The notes: generated by a model not told the origin, from the sequence alone. DNA of 60,391 nt, filler included, from Sphacelaria rigidula (GCA_964200075.2; 10 parts of 10 records of this genome joined end to end with filler, not necessarily neighbours in it), one strand, 5' to 3'; counted from the whole stretch's first letter, positions 37,100 to 50,801 are shown. Numbers and translations are program-made.

Positions 37100-40000
37100 C
37101 AATCACCGATGGTCCAGAAGCACCCGCTGAACTGCGCCCTCGTCGATCATGCCCTCAAGACCCGCTAAGGCTATCTCTCCTGCCGTACCCCCGCTCCATT
37201 TTACCTCGTATGAGCACCGGCGAGATTTCGCGTCTAGCTGTTGCCCCACAATCTCCCCCGCGAAATCTTTGGCCCCTTGCCAAGCTGGCCTCGCACGGCG
37301 TTGGCCCTCTATGCACACTGTCGGTGCGCGAACCTTCCTCTGTAGCAACGTTCCCTCGGGGTATATGCCGCGCGCGAGGGCGGGGGCTCTGTGGGTATCG
37401 GATGCCTCGAAAGCGACCTCAGCATGGTTGACGAAGGCCTGTGGAGGATTCAAGGACATCAATACGGCATTGCTGCGGGCATTCCTGATCGCTGACATCT
37501 TCATCTTCCATACCAAAGGATGCTTTGTGCTCTGCTTCATGTATGCAGACATGGGCATCCCCAGGGCGGCGATGGTCGCGAGGGGACGGCTCGCTGGTGT
37601 CGTTGCTCACGGTATCAGATGACACGCGGAACGGCGGCTCTTGTCTGTCACTCGCCATTGGATGGATATCGTGAATCCAAACCATGATGTCCCCAGGAGT
37701 GAACATACCGCCCGACGAGAACGCCCTCTCCCATGGGCATGGCGATCTTCGCGCGATCACAACAGGTACAAGGTCCCGGCCCCCGTTTTCGCTAGGATTA
37801 ACGCGCATGAGTGTGGTAGAACCGTAAGGCAGGTGACACTGCATGCGCCGGAAAGCGTCTTCCAGTTCCAGCTCCCGTGTACTGACTGGCTCATCCCGGT
37901 CTGTGCGCCGCGCCCATTCCACTGGTGCCGGAATCACTCCTTGCCGGATCAGTGGATACGTGTGCCCCTGGCCAGTGCGGCATCTGTGGCACCTTCTCCG
38001 AGAACAGGTAAGCAGTCAAGGTGGGTCGAGTGGTCCTCAGAGTCAGTAGGAATCCTCCTGTTGTTTGTCTGTTGATAGCAAGTGGCGAGAGACAGTCGCT
38101 ATTCACGGATAGCAGCCCATATGCTCTTTGTGTGGCGCCCGATTGGGGTTGCTCTTCGCCTTATCTCATTTATTAGTCGACACAATTTCCTACCTACCAT
38201 TCATCACGTCATCTAGGGCAGAAATATTTTGTAGCACATCCCCTACGCTTCTGTGGCTAGAGTCTCACCCGCAAGATAACTGGTATGTTGCCACCACTCC
38301 CGGGGTGGACGTTGCGGCGATCCGAGATTGCGACATGCAAACGGTCATGTGGATAACCCGAAGTGGCGATTATGCAGATGGGCGTGATGCTGCTACATCC
38401 GTTTCTCGGACGAACATCATCTTCCGTCCGAGGAGTGTATTATTCTGTTTTGTCAGCACGAATGTTGTCGTTTCGTCGTTGGGGTCGTTCGCGCCCTGAG
38501 TTGCACATACACGCGAGCAGACAACACGGGGTGTATGATTGGGATTAGTGCAACTTTATATAATGATGGCACTGTCAATCAAATGGCGAGGCTTTGGGTC
38601 GTGCACGGCCTCTCGCATCACTGATGCACGTGATACGCACGCGAGCGCTACCCCGCTGCGGACTCGTACTTCATGTGCAGAAACACATGGCATTGTACCC
38701 TTCGCAGCAGGCGATGTGACAGTGACACTCACTTTTCTGGTATTCGCCATCAGCAGCTGCCCACCACCTATCTTCCCGGAGAAGTCCTTCGCTGTAGTCT
38801 TGTCGACTTCTCGAAGCTCGAAGTGTAGCTCAGGCGCAAGTTTCTCGAAGAGATCGAAGGAGCTCAGGATCCCCATTCGCCCTGTAAGGACCTGATTCCT
38901 GACGAATGTCTTCACCAGGCCGCCTTCGCTGTCCGACACGCTCTTGCCGTGGCAGGTGGCAAAGTAGTGTGCTTCGATGTGGGTACGGCTGCCCGGTTGG
39001 TCGATGACGTACACTTTACAGTCACCGATGTGCCCGAATGACGTCGCACACTTGAACTGTTTCCCGCAATTGCCGGTCACAACAGTCACACGCGTCATGG
39101 GTGTGGCTCCGACTCTCTCGAGCATGGATGGTATTTCTGCCTGTAGTAGTCGGGTGAAGGTGTGTTGCACCCAGGCATTGTCGTGCGATTTGTCGTCGCT
39201 CAGCACAACAAACGAGTATACCCATACCTTACCGCTGAGCTTGAAAAAAACTGGGACCGGAAACGGCGTTGTGGAATCGCGATTCCAGTGTTGGGATTGA
39301 ACCTCACCCTGCTCGTCATGTGTATAGCGCTCTTGGAAGTCTGTCATCATGATCACGTGTCTTTCTTCGAGAGTCGCGATCAACTCATTGATGGCCACAC
39401 GCTGGAGCTATTTTTGTCGTCGATGAGGGAATAGGCGTTCCGCAGTGGACCTCACATCCTTGAACAATTCAGTCACAGAACCACTCCTCCACACCACCGC
39501 CTGATTCGACCAAAGAAAGTTCACAGACAAATGGTATGAGGTAGAGACGATCGTGAGAGGAGTTTCAGTACGTTCGTCTCGTAGGCGGGGGTCTGCAGGA
39601 AATGTGTACCTCATTTTATCATCGTTCACGGTAACTGCCACTAAGGAAGGGATTGCAGCTACACTTCTTCCGTGTTCATTTTCGCGCTAATTCATGTCGA
39701 CATTCACGTGTGATGTCGTCATTCCCGGTTTCGAAAACTGGCCTCAGGGGGGCAAGCGAGGCGAGCGGAAACGTATTGAATGACTACAGGATCGGATGGC
39801 TTTGATAAATGCGGTATATATGGTGATTATGTGTCGGACTATGCACTGCGTTTGTCTTCCTTATTCTCAGTGGTGAAAGTCGCGAGATACTACGCGAGTG
39901 GGAATACGTATATTTGGTGATACCAATATGCATTATCGACAGAGTCTGGATGCGATGAATGTTGATCTACGTTGTGACTTTCGTCATGCGGGCAATTCTC

Positions 40001-42240
40001 GACAGATACCAAGGAAACGAATGTTGTTTGAACGATCGGGGGTGGTAACGATCGGTTCCCTCGACGGGTGGCCGTCACGAGCATTGGCGCGTGTGACGAG
40101 ATTTGGAGTGGTCGCTTTTGAAGGTCTGCGATTGATCCGTCCCAGCGGCTGCGTACCAGCGGTGTACACATTGTGATGACGCCATGGTATGTGGAATCTT
40201 ACTACGAAAGCGGGGTGGAGATTGGTGTTATGACAGAACGGTCTCATGTGTGTGGCTGACGACCTGCAATAGTCGCGGTGCCCTTGTATTCGACTTAAAG
40301 CGGTGTATATGGATGTGGGCATGCGCGTTGATCAGAAATGATGAGGTCAATAATCTAAAAACCGTTGCTGCTGTTGAGCACGGTTCGACTTTTGTTTTCG
40401 TGAAGCAGGAAGACGCCCAAGAACCCCACCCCCCTTCTCTATGGTAAGATGACTCTTTCCATCTGGATCACATTAACGTAAAACACATCTTTCGAGATTG
40501 TGTTTGCGTCCGCGTTACTTGAGGCTCCCATGACTCATCACCGTCGTTGTCATCATTGGCTCGGGGACGTCTGCCCTGCCGTTGCGGTCGCCGAATCTCG
40601 TTCCCCTTCTCATCCACAGGGACGAACGCTTCACATTTTATTTCTGATCTTCGAACGATGTCCGGTATACTCTCCACATCTTCCGCAGACTGTCCATGAC
40701 GAGGGCAGTTGAAGAAGCGCCGTTGACGTTTGTCGCATTCTCCGCATGACCCCATTACACATGCGTTCAGGTGTGCTGTGACCTCACTCCCTCCCGTGGT
40801 CTTGTATAGCTTCACCTTCTCACAGAGGAGCTTGTCGCAGAGCTCTCCTATGCTGTGAACATCTTTAACGCTCATGGTTGGCAGGAAAGCTCTGCATCCG
40901 CCGTTGGCGCAAAGGTCACACCGGCATGTGTATGGCAACCCAGAAGTCTCGCCGCAGTGAAGTCGTGGCCACATTCGCACGAGCGATCTCATGATCAGCT
41001 TATCCTCGTAGCAATGTGGGCACAGACAGCATCTCCCAGTCTGTTTGACTACATTGAATGGCATCAACTTCGCGAAGGTAGATCTTGATATGTGACCAGT
41101 CTCCACTTTTCTCTCTCGGAACTATGTGGTCATCGCGGAGGCGGCAACGCGGGACAGTAACAGATGTTCCACATGAGATCCACGGCGGGAGGGCTGGTCT
41201 AACACGGTATGACACTTCTTCCACGCGGGTTAGCATATAATGGACTCGCGGGTCGGATGTCACATGCTGCTGCGTCAACTCTGTTAAACTTTGTTACGTA
41301 AGCTCGTGCATGCGTTGTGGACATAGGGCGTCCTATCCTCGTTCACTAGTGGAGTGTCGACACTACGCTGCATTCTCATACGCTCCGAAGCGAAGAACAA
41401 CGTTATATTTGATATCGGGCGGTGACGTCGAATGTTATAAGTATGCTGCACTGTATATGTTCTATGTGATTAATATGTCGAGCTTACCGCCTCTTGTAGG
41501 TAATTGTTCACTTTCTCGTGTAGGTCCGTCTCGGAGCCCAGCAGAAACCGCACGCCCAACGTAGGGCATCTGTCGGGTTGGAGGCATTGGAGGGACCGGT
41601 CTACAGGGGATCGGTGATGCCGTCCTGCACTGAAGTCGTGTTTCGTCTTTGTGTCATAGGGAGATGGTTGCGTGTTATCGTTGATGACGTGGGCTACCAT
41701 CGCTGTTGCCTTGGAATTCCAGATGTCGAAGCAGTCACAACGTCTCCGCCGTTTCCCCGTACTGTCGCGAATGAAGGGGATCTTTTTGAGAAGGTCTATA
41801 TACGATAGACAGTGAGAGGAACAATGTCATTGGCATGATACCGAAGTACAGCCGATTTATCTATTGACGAACGCGTACATGTCATGGGTGGTCATCGCTC
41901 GATACTGTGGTGTCGACCTCTTTCCACAAACTCGTCACTGTTTCCGTACGCGATATCGGATGCCGCTAGTGTATATCTTTCGTACTTGCACTTACAATTC
42001 AGCGGCGTCTCCGGCAGTCAGTGCTCGTTTTCTCCTGGTTGAACACTCTCCCGCGAAAGTTTTCTGTAGTGGCCCGATTGCTTGGGTGAGGGCTCCGTGT
42101 GATACTCCACTCGCCGATATTGCTGCGCCGAGTACTCGACGAGCATGTGATCCTGCCTTCGAGGCTACAATGGCGGGAAACAGCGTTTTCTTGAGATTGA
42201 GAGTAGATGATACGATTGAGAGTGAAAAGCGGTCAATCAG
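37100..42240 (-). pseudogene. Decayed, intron-containing DDD transposase, Sola2-like
   Basis: Cys-rich ISRSTFAKLMPFNV...CLCPHC...LLC...CVMGSCGEC (40468-41106). TDFQERY...EVQSQHW, TGNCGKQFK and FATCHGKSVSDSEGGLVK (38556-39398). In-frame stops and GT-AG introns. Superfamily assignment from recalled motifs; outer boundaries approximate. Confidence 0.7.
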
Positions 42241-42409
42241 TAAATGANNNNNNNNNNNNNNNNNNNNNNNNNNNNNNNNNNNNNNNNNNNNTTAATTAAT
42301 TAANNNNNNNNNNNNNNNNNNNNNNNNNNNNNNNNNNNNNNNNNNNNGGTCTAGGGTGGGGCGACGAAGACCCACCAAAAAATGAGGACGCCCCCCCCCC
42401 CCCCTCGCA

Positions 42410-45000
42410 TCATTGCATCACCCAATACCGTATGCGCCTGACTCCTTCGTCGCTTCGCACACACGAAACCTTGGCAAACCCCAGTTGGGCGCAAACCGAT
42501 CGACAGGCGGGTAATAATATCGGACACCGATAGGCGTGAGAAGCTCACCCAGCTCATCATCAGCGAGCTCAAATAGGGTAGACCTGGCGATACCGTCAGT
42601 GCACTGGCTGCAAACATTGCTGACACACTACTGAGTGCCGTTGAAAAGGTGGCAACCCATCTGACCCAAAAGCCATCTGTACCGGGGTGGTTTGAGGATG
42701 CCGCCATCCGCTCGGAGTTCGAACAGGCTTGAAATAGACGGGAAAGGGTGAGATCGGAGGTGCGACTGTGGCCGTCGAGAGATAAAAATCGCATTGCGCT
42801 CATTGCGAGCAGCGTGCGAAAAGGTCAAAGAGGTGAACCACGTTGGGGTGGACATATGCTTGGATGTGTATGCTAAAGAGTTGAAGCATATTCGATTCGA
42901 GGACACAAGAGGGTGGTAAAAACATCTCAAGGGAGGGTAGAGACTGTCGGGACAAGTAGAGATCGAGCAGTACAGCCGAACGGAGATGGGAACGAACTAT
43001 GAGCCAAACGTTAAATAAGCAAAAGATAAGAACGGTGCATTTCCACATTGCTCAAAACCATGTCGGCAACTATCGACAGAGCCGTCATTGAGGACATTGC
43101 TCGAGGGTCGATAGCGCTGTTACTAGGAGATTCGTCGAGCCCAAGATAAACTGAAGAGGCTCTGAGAGCTACGTCGAACGACAAAGTGACGGGTCCGGGC
43201 GGTGTGACTGCTGAACTCCTGAAGCTGGGACTGAGCAGGAAGGCTTCGGAGATTCTGTACCACTTCCACCGCACCGTTGCTGCGATCTAAACGTCTGGCA
43301 AAACACTGCAGTAATGGAAAGGTGCCGCTATCAAAGTGCTGCACAACAAGAATAGCACCGAGTGTGGTAACTACAGGGGCATTTCATCGTGGCACATGCT
43401 GAATCTCTCCTCATAATCGTAACCAACGAACTCAGTGATTTCTGTGAGGATTCAGATGTCTTCCCGGAAGAGCAGGGCGGAATTTTTTGCGTCAACGATC
43501 GACCACCGACATGATGTTCGTAGTACGCCGACTGCAGGAATTGGGACGTACGAGAAATATCTCACTAGACTTGTGCGTCCTCGATCTGCAGAGTGCCTAC
43601 GACTCCGCAGACCGCGCGCTCTTGTGGGGAGTGCTTGCCCGGTTTGGAGTCCCGCCGCGAATGATCACGCTTATTCGTCTGTTTCCCGACGGCATGCGAG
43701 CTCGGATACAGCTGGATGGTGGCGAACTATCAGAGAGGTTCCACGTCTGCCAGGAACTCAGACAAGGTTGCTTTCGTCCGCTCTGTTGTTCAACGTCTTC
43801 GGCTCAGCCTTGGTCAACGCAATCGTACAGCGGTTCGCTGCGGACGCAGTCATCGTCTCAGGCTTGGTTTTTCTGTATGAATTGGTGAAATTCTGGAAGA
43901 GATCCCGCTCGAGAAGGTACGGCGCGCGGTACGGGCAATGCTTTATGTGGATGATTCCGGCGTACAGCAGTCTCGAGGACACCAGACGGCCTTACTATTG
44001 ATAGCCGTGGTAGTGATAACCTGTCAGGAGTTCGCATTGACGGTATCGGACAGCAACACAGAGTCCATACGCCCGTGATCTGTACCCAGACCCACAGGGA
44101 CCGCCCTGCACATGAGCGCGGCCGGTCAACGGTTTATGCAGACGGCCAAGTTTGTCTACCTTAGTCATGCTGTCAACGCGGATGCGAGAATGTGCATCGA
44201 AATCAACCTATTCATCAGTGCGGCGTGAGCACGTCTCCGAAGGTATAGTTCCTAACTCCACGATCAACCCAACGCCCAGCTATCCTTGAAAGTCTGACAG
44301 CATAAAGCGGTAGTGGTGGAAGCTCTGCTGTACGGATGTGCCACGTGGATATAACGTTCTGAAGACTTCGACAGTCTGCGCACTGCCCACTACAAGTTTT
44401 TGCTACGAGTGGTTGGATTCCGCAGGAAAGATTTCAATGGCTACAACACTCCTTCGTACGGGGCTGTGCTCGAGATGACCACCTGCGAACGTATGGAGAC
44501 GATTATCTACAAGCGTGGTTCGCAAGAGCCCATGTCCGGCAGGACAAAACATGCCTTCCCAAGTGCGTCATGCACGGACGGTTAGCCACACAAGGACCCA
44601 AGGAGGCCGGTCGCCCGCCGAAACGCTGGGGGGTCAACCTCCAGGAGAACCTACGTGCACTAGGGGCTTTTACACACAAGAGAACGTTACGGAAATGGTC
44701 CGTCGACGGTGTAGAGGTCAAGGGTGCACACGATTGTGTCACTGAGCAGGACCTTTCTCACCGACGCCATGTGGCAGCGGCCGGACAATTCTGGATTATC
44801 TTTCCTTACTTGCCTTCATGTTTTCTATTTCCTATGTTTTGCTCTTCTTCCTTAGCCTGGTCTGTTTGCCTGCTCTTCTGGTTTTTTTCATTTTTTTCAG
44901 CGAGTGTTTCCATTTCGTTCGTATCTTAGGTACGTTTATGATGTGACCACGGCTGGATGCCTGGGGGATCAGCTGAAGCATGACAATAAATAAAATACAT
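42410..45000 (+). mobile_element. Decayed RTE-like LINE (RT domain plus 3' UTR)
   Basis: KVTGPGGVTAELLK, ECGNYRGIS, RSTTDMMFVVRRLQELGR, DLQSAYDS.DR..LW.VL.RFGVP, LRQGC, MLYVDD, LLYGCATW, GRPPKRW. Many stops and frameshifts. Confidence 0.9.
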
Positions 45001-45069
45001 CCATGACGTATCATCTTCAGTCATGCTTCAACGTGTGTTTCGTGAGTGACATTACAAGTGCACATCTTA

Positions 45070-45170
45070 CGACGTCACATTTTCTTGGGTACGTCTATCA
45101 TGAGACCACGGCTGGACCCCTGGGGGGTCAGTTGAAGTGCGACAATCAATCAATCAATCAATCAATCAAT
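45070..45170 (+). mobile_element. Second LINE 3' end with a (CAAT)n tail
   Basis: gaccacggctgga..cctggggg.tcag.tgaag...gacaat duplicates 44945-44990 and is followed by caatcaatcaat... Confidence 0.65.
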
Positions 45171-46589
45171 TGGCGCTGTCACCCAATCGACGCGGGCTAA
45201 AATCGCAATTTTTGCTCTGGGGCTCTGTCTTCCGCCGCTCACGAGTGGACCGGTGCATATTCGCGCTCATTATAAACAAATGCATCTGAGAGTGATGCCG
45301 CGATACCCCACCCCCCAGGACCGTGGCTGGTGTGGAGAGGAAAAATCGATATGTGCATCAAAATGACAAACCCCAAGCATACCGAGCAGCACAGAACTTC
45401 CACACTTGGGATCGGTTTGGCCAACCTCGCCCATATGAGGCATCGTCAATGGTTTCGTCTCCTAGCTTCAACTCCTCCCGGGCCAGATCCCGCAATCTTC
45501 CTCTACGCAAACCTCCACCGCATCGCCGATCACCCGAACCCGTTCGCCCCACGGTGTCCCGGTGGTGCCTGTACTCCTGCATGGACGCCGGGGCGCATTC
45601 CCGCTGCTCACCGCTGCTCCACTTCCACAACCACCAGCAACGGTCTGCGGGGATTGGCCCGCCGTACCGAGTCCCCTGTTCGTGACGGCACCGCGCTCAG
45701 TGCTACTGGCTGCCCCCGACCCGCCCGCCGCACGACCAGCATTGGCCGCCTCCACCGCGGCCTTGGTACGCCAAAAGCCCGGCACACGCATAAACCTGTA
45801 GTGCGCATCTCCCCACTTGGACTCATCCTTTCTCCACACGAAGCAGATGAGCTTTTGCTTCGCCGATGAAGACGTCGCAGCCTTTGCGCTCCTGCCGACT
45901 CCAGTAGATCTACGCGGCGCACCACGCTTTTTGCGGTCCTGGTTGCAGGTTCCTCCACATGCGTGTCCCGACGCGAGGTGCATAGACGGAAAACCAGAAA
46001 AGCCGACATTGACACGTTGCTCACTGCCGCCGCGGTACATCGATCCCACCCATGTTACTAACAGCTGCGCCCGCACCGGCACCCAACTCATTACACCTGC
46101 AAACTAAATTTGAGGCTCAAACGGCTCAACCTGGCGGTCAAGCGGTGAACGATGGGAGTCCTTACACAACCGTTCTACAGTACAATAGTACAGCCGTGCA
46201 GCAGCTCCAACTTTCCCCGCGTTTGACAGACCCTGGCTCATCACTGTAAATACCTGTACTCGAACAAGAAACCAACTAACTGTTTAGGTCGCCGTTCCGT
46301 ATGCATGCTAACGCGTCTGCCTATCAAGCTCCCAGCGCATTAATGGGTAATCGATGTGATGCATCGTATCAAGAGTAACAGCATTCGAAGCATTGACTGG
46401 TCTTCAAATCCCCTTGCGCATTTTTTTAAAACAAACGTTTGGCTGACATATAGCTCCAGCTAACTCAATGGGCTACTCAGAAACGCTTCCGCTCCCAAAA
46501 AACACATACTACTCCCATTGCAAGTGGTGGTATACACCTCAGTCCAGGCACCCTCTCCTACATGTTTTTGTCATTGTCGAAAATGTTCA

Positions 46590-46690
46590 CACCCTGGATA
46601 ATAGCATACATTGTCAAAAAGTGCATTGCGTACAACATCGACTATTGCGTCTACTGGAATATACGATAGATCCCATACTGTACGCAGGGC
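46590..46690. mobile_element. Diverged copy of the hairpin MITE family (9876)
   Basis: ccctggataatagcatacattgtcaaaaa...atagatcccatactgtacgcag. Confidence 0.55.
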
Positions 46691-48395
46691 ACTTCCTCAC
46701 AAAGCCATATATATTGTGTTCAGCTTATGGAAAAATACCCTTGGGTCGGAAACCAGTGTAGAAGCAGGATAGAGGCATCCGCAAGCCGCTGCAATAGCCG
46801 CAGAAATGGTCCAACATACGTAGACAACTGGTCCGGCGATTAAATACTGTTTTATACCCGCCCTATAGGGTGCGGCGCGGTCTCCAGTAAACTCCAAGAC
46901 TTGGGGGTCTCTCAGGTACTTGTTCACGTGCGGCACTCGTTCAACATTTTTGACTCGCGGCCAACTCGTATCAACGTGTTGAAAAATAATGCTTCCTCGC
47001 TCCGAGACCGGAAGCGCATTTTCGAAACGCGTCCAACTTCATTCTCGGGAGGCTGACTATGCCTGGTAGCTTGATTACGTGGAACTGGAGTACCACCTCT
47101 TCCCCCCCCCCCCCCCCCCCCCGCGAAATTCGGGTTTGGGGGGGGGAAACTGTGCGTGGTAGCTGGGTTGAGCGATATGCCACCGCCTGCCAAGTGAGGA
47201 ATATTTAGCAACGTGACCACGCAGTATGGGTCCATCACAAGCCATTCCACCACGATACAGTCCACATTCCAGATTGACCTTCAGCTGAGAATCACATCTT
47301 CAATGCTGTCCCCATTCGATACCATCGTAGGATGTGAGCCTTAAAAGAAACAGCTACGCCATCAGACCCCTCACTCGGGCATCACTGACTGAGTGGTCTG
47401 TCGCTGTACTGCACTGCAATGGTTCCTCCGTTGACATGACAGTGTTGTTCAACCCGGTTCAAAAGAGGGTCCGCACTGTAATGCGTGAGAGGACCACGTG
47501 CTTAGAGGACCGCATCGGAATTTGAACATCCCTATGGTTGGGGTTAGTAGAGAGTTTCGGAAACACAAATCAGAACTCAGGTATAAGGGAAAACGCAGGG
47601 ATTATTAAGAAAGTTGGGATTTAAGGCCAGGATATGACAAATTCCCCTCGGTAAACCCCGAAAACTGAACCCTGAGAAGAGACATGCTCAGCAAATCAGG
47701 TTTAATTTCCAATTTTTCAAAAAAAACTGAGTTGCTAGACACCCCAAAGCGTTGGTGCCAAACTCAGGGCTATGAAACGGAACTAGACACCCTGCCGCAT
47801 AACGACCAAGGCTACAGAACACAGCCGTAGGACAAATATCATAAGTGAGGCGGTGGTGGATGTCATGAACGCCCGCGACAGCACTGGTGATGGCAGCTCA
47901 TTCACAAGGGTGACCCAAAACTACGAGGAACAGTTGGAGGCGAATGGGGGAGCCGAGACACCAGTCGAAGTGGCTTATAATGATGCGAAAGGGCGGGAGT
48001 CGGGCGCTCAAGCAGCTGCTATGAGGACTTGACGAAATGGCAACCCAACGTGAAGCTTGCGTTAGCTCGCGCAGTTATACCACCGTTGGGTGGCCATTTT
48101 GTCGAGATCCCCGTAGCGGCTGCATGGATGGCCCACTTCAGCCCTTCCACGTTATCTTAAGCCAGGTCGACAGGTATCTCTCTGTCCCCCCTCTCGCCTT
48201 CACGCAGCTAGGATTACTGCGTGTGGTGAACCTTTATCGAGAACTACTGTAATTTCTCAAAGTATGCAAACGGACACACATAGGCATGTGCACACNNNNN
48301 NNNNNNNNNNNNNNNNNNNNNNNNNNNNNNNNNNNNNNNTTAATTAATTAANNNNNNNNNNNNNNNNNNNNNNNNNNNNNNNNNNNNNNNNNNNN

Positions 48396-48668
48396 GGAGG
48401 AAGGTCAACACAGGAGGTTTTCTTTTTTATTTGTTTCTAGTACCCCACCTTCCTTCTGCGCTGCTTGGCTTCATTTTCTATCGCGAGAGGGGTTCAGCAG
48501 TCTCTTTCCCTCGTCGACCGTTAGGTCGAATTTTGTGTACCCACGATATGGTCGCTCTCCACTGTTGGGCATGGTGTAAGAAGAAATCCCAGATCGCTCC
48601 GGGAATCGAACTCCACAACTCAACCATCAGTAGGTTACGAGGTTACCAACTGAGCCACCGGCGCGACC
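48396..48668 (-). mobile_element. tRNA-derived SINE (head plus body)
   Basis: Minus strand reads GGTCGCGCCGGTGGCTCAGTTGG...GAGTTCGATTCCCGGAGCG, then a body matching 54444-54604. Confidence 0.85.
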
Positions 48669-50563
48669 GGATCTTTAGAGTGGGATGCGTTATAGACGGA
48701 CAGCCAAGCCCTCTCTGATGTCCGAAGAGACGAAGACATGTTGACGTGATTGTTCGTAGTATGGGAGTGCGAAAGGTTAGGCGAAATGTTGGCACATGCT
48801 ACCGATCATCATCGTTTCTGTCGAGGAAATACAATACTCATTTGTTGTTACTTGATAAAGGTGCAAAGCAGTATTTCAAACTCGAGGCTCGCACAACCTA
48901 CGGAACAGAAAATGTCCCAGCATGTCGGGAAGGTCGAGGCTGAGTTGAATTAGTGTTGAAGACATCGGGAAGATCGAGTTTGAGATGCCTCTGGATGACA
49001 TGGAGCCGGACGAAAATAATGCTCACACCAAAGATGTCTGGACGAAAAGTAAGAAAGTTCACGATGACTCAAGAAAAGTCGAACGAAGGCACCGAAAAAA
49101 GGGGTGAAGAGACTACGTTCATATTTTGTGATGGTAAAACCAGTTGCCTCACAGATCTCATGCCTGCTAGTCATGCATCACAGCAGAGAGCCGTCATGCT
49201 GGGTCTCGATGATGCTGCAAACCCTTCGAATTAATTTCTGCGCGACTGCACGACTAGCATGGTAATGACATTATTGTTGCATGTAGTGTAGGGAAATCCA
49301 AGCACACCGACCTTGATCTGCATGTTGCATGTGAATGGACGAGGAAGATAACCGTGAGAAACCCGTTGATGTCCCGCACCTACCTCCAGGTCCACGAGGC
49401 GGAAATGAATCAAAATCATCGCCTCGTGGCCATCGCCGGGAGAAACATGACGATCGATACACGAAAAAACGGCTGTTGACCTTGATTGATTTGATTGACT
49501 AACTGTCGCACTTTACTGGCGTTGTGAACTCTAAATCGGGCTAACCCCGTAGGCTGAACGAGCACGGCAAGGATGTCAAGCATGCAAACTTCAGTCAAAA
49601 GGCGGTAGTACGCTGATTCAGTGCGCACTCACCACCAATCTCCTCAGTGCCATCTTCCCAAACAAGGCGATCCGTTTCGCTCAGCAAGGTCGACAGATGA
49701 ATGGACGAAGAAGAATCACCCTGCTCGTGATCAACCGCACCCCAGTTGCTCCCAACTGTCCAAGATATTATTCCGATACCGACTATTTTCTTTCACGAAT
49801 AGCTGCAGTGTATGTGTATGTGTGCTGCTGCTGTCTCTGTGTGAGCGAGTAGCTCGGTGCCCTTTGAATGGGGTTGCATACCGCTTCTGTTGTGCGGGTC
49901 TCGTGTGCTTCGTGAAGGATTTGGTGATTTTGACATCAAATCTTTCCCTTCGTCCGTTTCGTTGAATCTTAAAGGAACTGGTCGGTACAGTCAGCAAACG
50001 TCAGATATAAAACAGTGGAGATCGGAGACGGGGACCAAATTGCAAGTTGCCGCAGGATGCACGCACATTTATTTTTGTTCATTTTTCAGTCTCGTCCATA
50101 TTATTACCACACGAGCATGTTCCCGTTTCATCACCGCACACATGAAACACTCGTGAATGATGTAATAATTCATGTCGGAGACGTTTCGTACAGCACGGGC
50201 ACACAACGGGTAGATACCATGGGGTGCAAACTAGCTCGTTGTTGACTGCTACCTTTGTATCGTGTGTAGACCGTCGTCGTCAAATATCTCAACGCCTCTC
50301 ACGCAACGGCGGGCGGTCATGCATGCACACTGCCCCGCCTGTTGTACCATACAGGACAACAGTCATTAAGTACAGCAGGCAGCAGGGTTTTCAGATGCTC
50401 GATGAGTTTACCCCGACCCGTCGCCAGAGTGCTGATCGCATTTCTCCACGTACATAGTTACGGAGAATGCGCTCATATTATCCAGATCTTTGGAGGGCCG
50501 ATAATCCTCCGAGAGTTAGAGAAAAATATACCCGTCGCAGAAAAGCGAAACACGTTTGAGTAC

Positions 50564-50801
50564 ATGCTACGATGGGGGAGGGGGTGTTTCCTTTCATGAA
50601 AAACAAGGGCTCACAGGTGTGTAAGACGACCCAACACACTCGCGGTGCGCTTGCATTTTTTGTGTAGAAACGGCGTGAATCACTATGAATGAGCGTTACT
50701 TATCGGTGGCAACCGCGTTTGGAAAACCGTTGTTGCTTTCAACTATGAGAATTTCGTGGAGGAAATGACCGAAAATCCCCCCGCCCCCCCTATCATAGCA
50801 T
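50564..50801. mobile_element. MITE, copy 2 of the 4074 family
   Basis: atgctacgatggggg ... ccccctatcatagcat, with shared internal sequence. Confidence 0.7.

Noticed and set aside
45358..46107. GC-rich overlapping ORFs; possible gag zinc-knuckle remnant (CWSCGG)
   Set aside because: Spacing does not fit CCHC, stops are present, and there are no supporting LTR or pol motifs.
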